Origin: Octopus vulgaris
Taxonomy: Eukaryota
Length of the DNA: 64,000 nt
Assembly (NCBI GenBank): GCA_951406725.2
Contig: OX597822.1
Coordinates: 620,001-684,000 of the forward strand
Direction of reading: 5' to 3'
The notes under the pieces were generated by a model that searched no databases, had not been told where the DNA came from, and saw only the letters and a program-made list of their open reading frames with translations. The position numbers were made by a program, and so were the translations under genes. Below are positions 58,440 through 64,000 of this stretch, piece by piece (position 1 is the first letter of the stretch; every line of letters starts with the position of its first letter).

Positions 58440-59020
58440 CATTTCTACTCTAGGCACAAGGCCCGAAATTTTTGGGTAGAGAACCAGTCGATTAGATCGA
58501 CCCTGGTACGCAACTGGTATTTAATTTATCGACCCCGAAAGGATGAAAGGCAAAGACGACCTCGTCGGAATTTGAACTCAGAACGAGGCGGCAGACGAAA
58601 TACCTATTTCTTTACTACCCACAAGGGGCTTAAAAACAGAGGGGACAAACAAGGACAGACAAACGGATTAAGTCGATTATATCGACCCCAGTGCGTAACT
58701 GGTACTTATTTAATCGACCCCGAAAGGATGAAAGGCAAAGACGACCTCGTCGGAATTTGAACTCAGAACGTTGCGGCAGACGAAATACTTATTTCTTTAT
58801 TACCCACAAGGGGTTAACCACAGAGGGGACAAACAAGGACAGACATAGGTATTAAGTCGATTACATCGACCCCAGAGCGTAACTGGTACTTAATTTATCG
58901 ACCCCGAAAGGATGAAAGGCAAAGTCGACCTTGGCGGAATTTGAACTCACAACGTAACGGCAAACGAAATACCGCAAAGCATTTCGCCCGGCGTGCTAAC
59001 GTTTCTGCCAGCTCGCCGCT
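58440..59020 (-). mobile_element. SINE family D with an internal ~185-bp unit in tandem (three cores)
   Basis: TCGATTA(G/T/C)ATCGACCC recurs at 58488, 58673 and 58857; a single A-box head lies at ~59019 and each unit has a B box GAGTTCAAATTCC. Confidence 0.9.
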
Positions 59021-60179
59021 TTAATTAAATTAAATATTAGATATTGCATAAAAAATTGTTAAAAGATTTTGTGTATTTTAGAAGTATAAGCAATTTATTT
59101 CAAATAAATTTTAACAAATTCTTGTATGGACACTTAAGGAGCATGTGGACACCAGTTGAGGACCACTAGGTCAAAGAAATGAATAAATAAATCATTATGA
59201 AATCTACCTGAAAATCGAAATCAGGTTCTGGGATCTATTTTGTAACGAAGTTACATTTAGAAACACCTGAAAGACACGGTTCGCAAATTGCCAAAAAACA
59301 CCCCCTAAATTAAAACGTAACATTTGTGGGCATGGATGCAAAGTTTGTGATTCTTTAAGTGTGTATATTTATTGAAAACAGATATGATGCATATGTGTGT
59401 GTGTGTTTATAGACAAATGTATGTGTGTGTATATATATAGAAAAATATATGAGTGTGTATATGAACGTGTGTGTAGTTCTGTATATGAATGTCTATGTGA
59501 GTATGTGTGTATGTAGTTAGTTTGCATGTGTGTATGTAGGCAGTGTAGTCAGTGTGTATGGAGGTGTAGGTTTTGTAAGTGGGTGAGTTTGTGAAGCTGT
59601 GTGTGTGTGTGTGAGTTTACGTACAATTATGCATATGTTTATGAATGCTGTCTATGTGTGTGTATGTGTGTGTTTGTGCGTGCACGAGTGTAACTATTCG
59701 TACGTATGCATGAGTGATTGTGTGTGCATGAGTGCGTGTCTGTGTATCTGCGTGTGCGTATGTATGAATGAATGTGCGTGCGCATTCATGCGTGTGTGCG
59801 TATGAGTGTGCGTATGAATGAGTATGTGTGTGTGTGTGTGTGTGCGTGTGCAGTGAACGCAATATCGAAGTGACTCCGGTGAACTCAAGTTTTCATTTTC
59901 TTGTTTTCGTTTATTTTTCATCACCAGAGACACTCCCTCCCCGCCTGAATCCCGTCACCCACAAACAACAACAACTGCGACAACAACAGCCACAACAACA
60001 ACTGCAACAACAGCAACAATAGCAAACCAAGAAACGGCTACAGTTAGTGCACTTCGGTGTGAAGTTAATTACATATCGAGTTAATTTATATTTTCAGTTT
60101 CATGCATTTATAATTTTACTCCGAGTTTGAAAAAAAAATGAATAAAAAAAAACAAAAACTAGAATATGAAGCGGTGAAT

Positions 60180-60388
60180 GTTCTTGTGTTCTTTCTTTTC
60201 TTCTTCCTCTTATATTTCTTTCTCTTCCTTTTTCTCTTCCTTTCTTCCTTCCTTTCTTTCTTTCGTTGTATTTTTATTCCTTCATTCTGTCTTTTCTATT
60301 TCCTTCCTTCTTTTCTTTATAATCTTCGTTTTCTTTCTCTTTCGTCACTTCATTTTCCTTCCTTCCTTCCTTCCTTCCATTCTTTCTG

Positions 60389-60432
<44 letters not shown>

Positions 60433-61030
60433 TCGCTGTATTTTTATTCCTTACTTCATTCTGTCTTTTTTATTTCCTTCCTTCTTTTCTTTCCCTCTTT
60501 ATAATCTTCGTTTTCTTTCTCTTTCGTCACTTCATTTTCCTTTTTTTCTTTCTTTCCTTCCTTCCTTCCGTCCTTCTTTTTTTGTCATTGTCAGTCTCTT
60601 TCTTTCCACCTTTCATCCTTCCTTCTTCTCTTCCTTTCTTTCTAATCATATTTTCCAATATATTCACCGTCTGTGGACAATTCATTACCTTCGTTAAAAC
60701 CAATTTCTTTTTGTTCAATTAAACATTATGGAACGTTTGTTTGTTTGTTTCTTTAGCCTCATCACCACACCTCTCCTCCTCCTTCCCCCTTCTTCTTCTT
60801 CTTCTTCTTCTTCTTCTTCTTCTTCTTCTTCTTCTTCTTCTTCTCCTTCTTCTTCTTCTTCCCACTATTCTCCTCCTCCTCCCCCTTTACCAGAATCCAC
60901 TCTCCCTCTCCTCTACCATCCACTCTCCCTCTCCAACCAAACGCTTCACACTGCTCGCCGTCTGATTTCTTATTAACTACTACTTTGTCTTCATCTATTT
61001 ATCATCGTCGTCATCATCATCATAACCACT

Positions 61031-61070
<40 letters not shown>

Positions 61071-61260
61071 CCATCATCATTACCACCGTCATCATCATAA
61101 CCACCGTCATCATCATTATCACCGTCATTGTCGTTGTAATCGTCGTCGTCTCACTGATAAGGACGATAATGTTTGCTGCCATCATCATCATCAACATCAT
61201 CACCCTCGTCGTCGTCGTCATCATCATCATCATCGTCATCGTCATCATCATTGCGGTTTC
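60180..61260. repeat. Pyrimidine-rich tract with a local duplication, (TTC)n and (CAT)n
   Basis: TTTCG(T/C)TGTATTTTTATTCCTT..TTTCGTCACTTCATTTTCC appears at ~60260 and ~60430; (TTC)n 60790-60860; (CAT)n 61000-61250. Confidence 0.9.
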
Positions 61261-61412
61261 TCCATTGTATTACAATTATAATCATCATCAATTATTAATT
61301 ATTATTAATATTACAATCGAAGAAATAAAACACTGGTGCTCCTTTTGTTTTTCTATTGTTGGCTATATATATATATACATACATACACACGTATATGAAG
61401 TGTATATGCATG

Positions 61413-61452
<40 letters not shown>

Positions 61453-61453
61453 G

Positions 61454-61527
<74 letters not shown>

Positions 61528-62023
61528 TATACAAATATATATATATGTTTATATATATATATATGTGTGTGTGTGTGCGTATTCGTGTGTGTGTGTGTGT
61601 GTGTGTACTACTTTATTTTTTTGTTACTGTTTTTACTTTTGCTTGCCGTCGTCGTGGTGGTCGTGGTCGTCATCATTGTTGCTTTTCTCATTCGTTACTT
61701 TGGCCTCTCTTACACAAAATATGCCAAACGGAAATAATTACGTCGGTAGTTTTTTTCAATTTATGGAAAACCCATGTCATCCATTGTTTACGCGGTTCTA
61801 AACTTTCAGAGACGATCGCGTTTTTTTGACATTTTTCTGAGAAACAAGCCAACCTTCACCAGCAACCTTTCACCTGCTACGTTCCTCCCCCATTCAACTT
61901 CCCACGCCCATTCACTGTCACCCGCAGCCCATACATCTTCCAACACTGGTGCACCCTAGACAAAATCTATGGCGATGACCGTTTCAGTAAAAGGTTATAA
62001 ATGAAAATTGCGAAGATAGAAGG

Positions 62024-62054
<31 letters not shown>

Positions 62055-62285
62055 GGAGAGAGAACGAGAGGAGGGAGAGAAAGAGAGAAAAATATTATTT
62101 TCCGCAGTTTGATTAGAGAATTAATTAAGAATCGATGATTATTTGTCCATTTCAAGCCAGACTTAATAGAAACCACAAAGAAATAAAACAAAACAAAATT
62201 ATATTTTTTTTTATCATTAATATTATTAGAAAAGAAAGAAATAATTTTTGTCATATTTTTCTTGATATTTTAATATTTTCCATCA

Positions 62286-62343
<58 letters not shown>

Positions 62344-62666
62344 TCTGTGCGTTTTTTCGGTTCTCATTTTTATTGCATGACATTATGGAACGAGTTTACA
62401 ATTTGTTGTTATTTATTAAAACTTGCTTCAATTTTAGTTGCCTTTCTTTTTCTTTTGTCTTTTTAAAACAAACCCAAAACAAATTTACGACTTTCGATTA
62501 GAACCTTGCAACATTCTTGATGTGTAAGAAGGCTACGGAAGAAAAAGAAAAAAGTTCTGAAATTACGGAGAAGTATTAACGACGGTTCAACTATCAGGAA
62601 GGCCCCCATCTCCTAAAAATCATGACTTCGCCCCAGCCTCCAACCAATTATTCACCGAGCATTAAA

Positions 62667-63900
<1,234 letters not shown>

Positions 63901-64000
63901 CATATATCCATACGTAGGTGTAGACGCATATACTTACTTATATATAAATACATACACACACACATACATAAGCACGTATATATAATCATATCCGCTAATG

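Noticed and set aside
58488-58960. CRISPR-like repeat array
   Set aside because: The whole ~185-bp unit repeats, there are no unique spacers and no cas genes, and the context is eukaryotic SINE DNA.
60985-61281. Poly-His protein
   Set aside because: Imperfect (CAT)n microsatellite with no splice or coding context.

Overview
AT-rich, microsatellite-saturated eukaryotic DNA. The repeat repertoire (several tRNA-derived SINE families, long (TA)n/(TATC)n/(TATG)n tracts) looks like a coleoid cephalopod genome, probably Octopus; this assignment is inferred. I can support no host protein-coding exon, and nearly all listed ORFs are microsatellite artefacts. The window is a patchwork of transposable elements: two related Neptune-type Penelope-like elements (PLEs; RT plus C-terminal GIY-YIG) in opposite orientation, a third degenerate PLE, several solo PLE termini carrying minimal hammerhead ribozymes, two Tx1/L1-clade LINE 3' ends joined to (TATC)n, CR1-, RTE- and R4-like LINE remnants, four Tc1/mariner remnants, a Chapaev3-like transposase fragment and about 25 SINE copies or fragments. 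Most interesting: (1) a Tx1-like LINE that appears to target (TATC)n/(GATA)n microsatellites; (2) a tandem SINE array whose repeat unit ends in a ~50-nt tail matching that LINE's 3' end, suggesting a LINE/SINE partnership and possibly self-targeted insertion; (3) a set of hammerhead motifs, three sharing a non-canonical CUGU-N-GA core; (4) hairpin-plus-tail mini-elements sitting in (TA)n. Coordinates were read by eye and boundaries are approximate.
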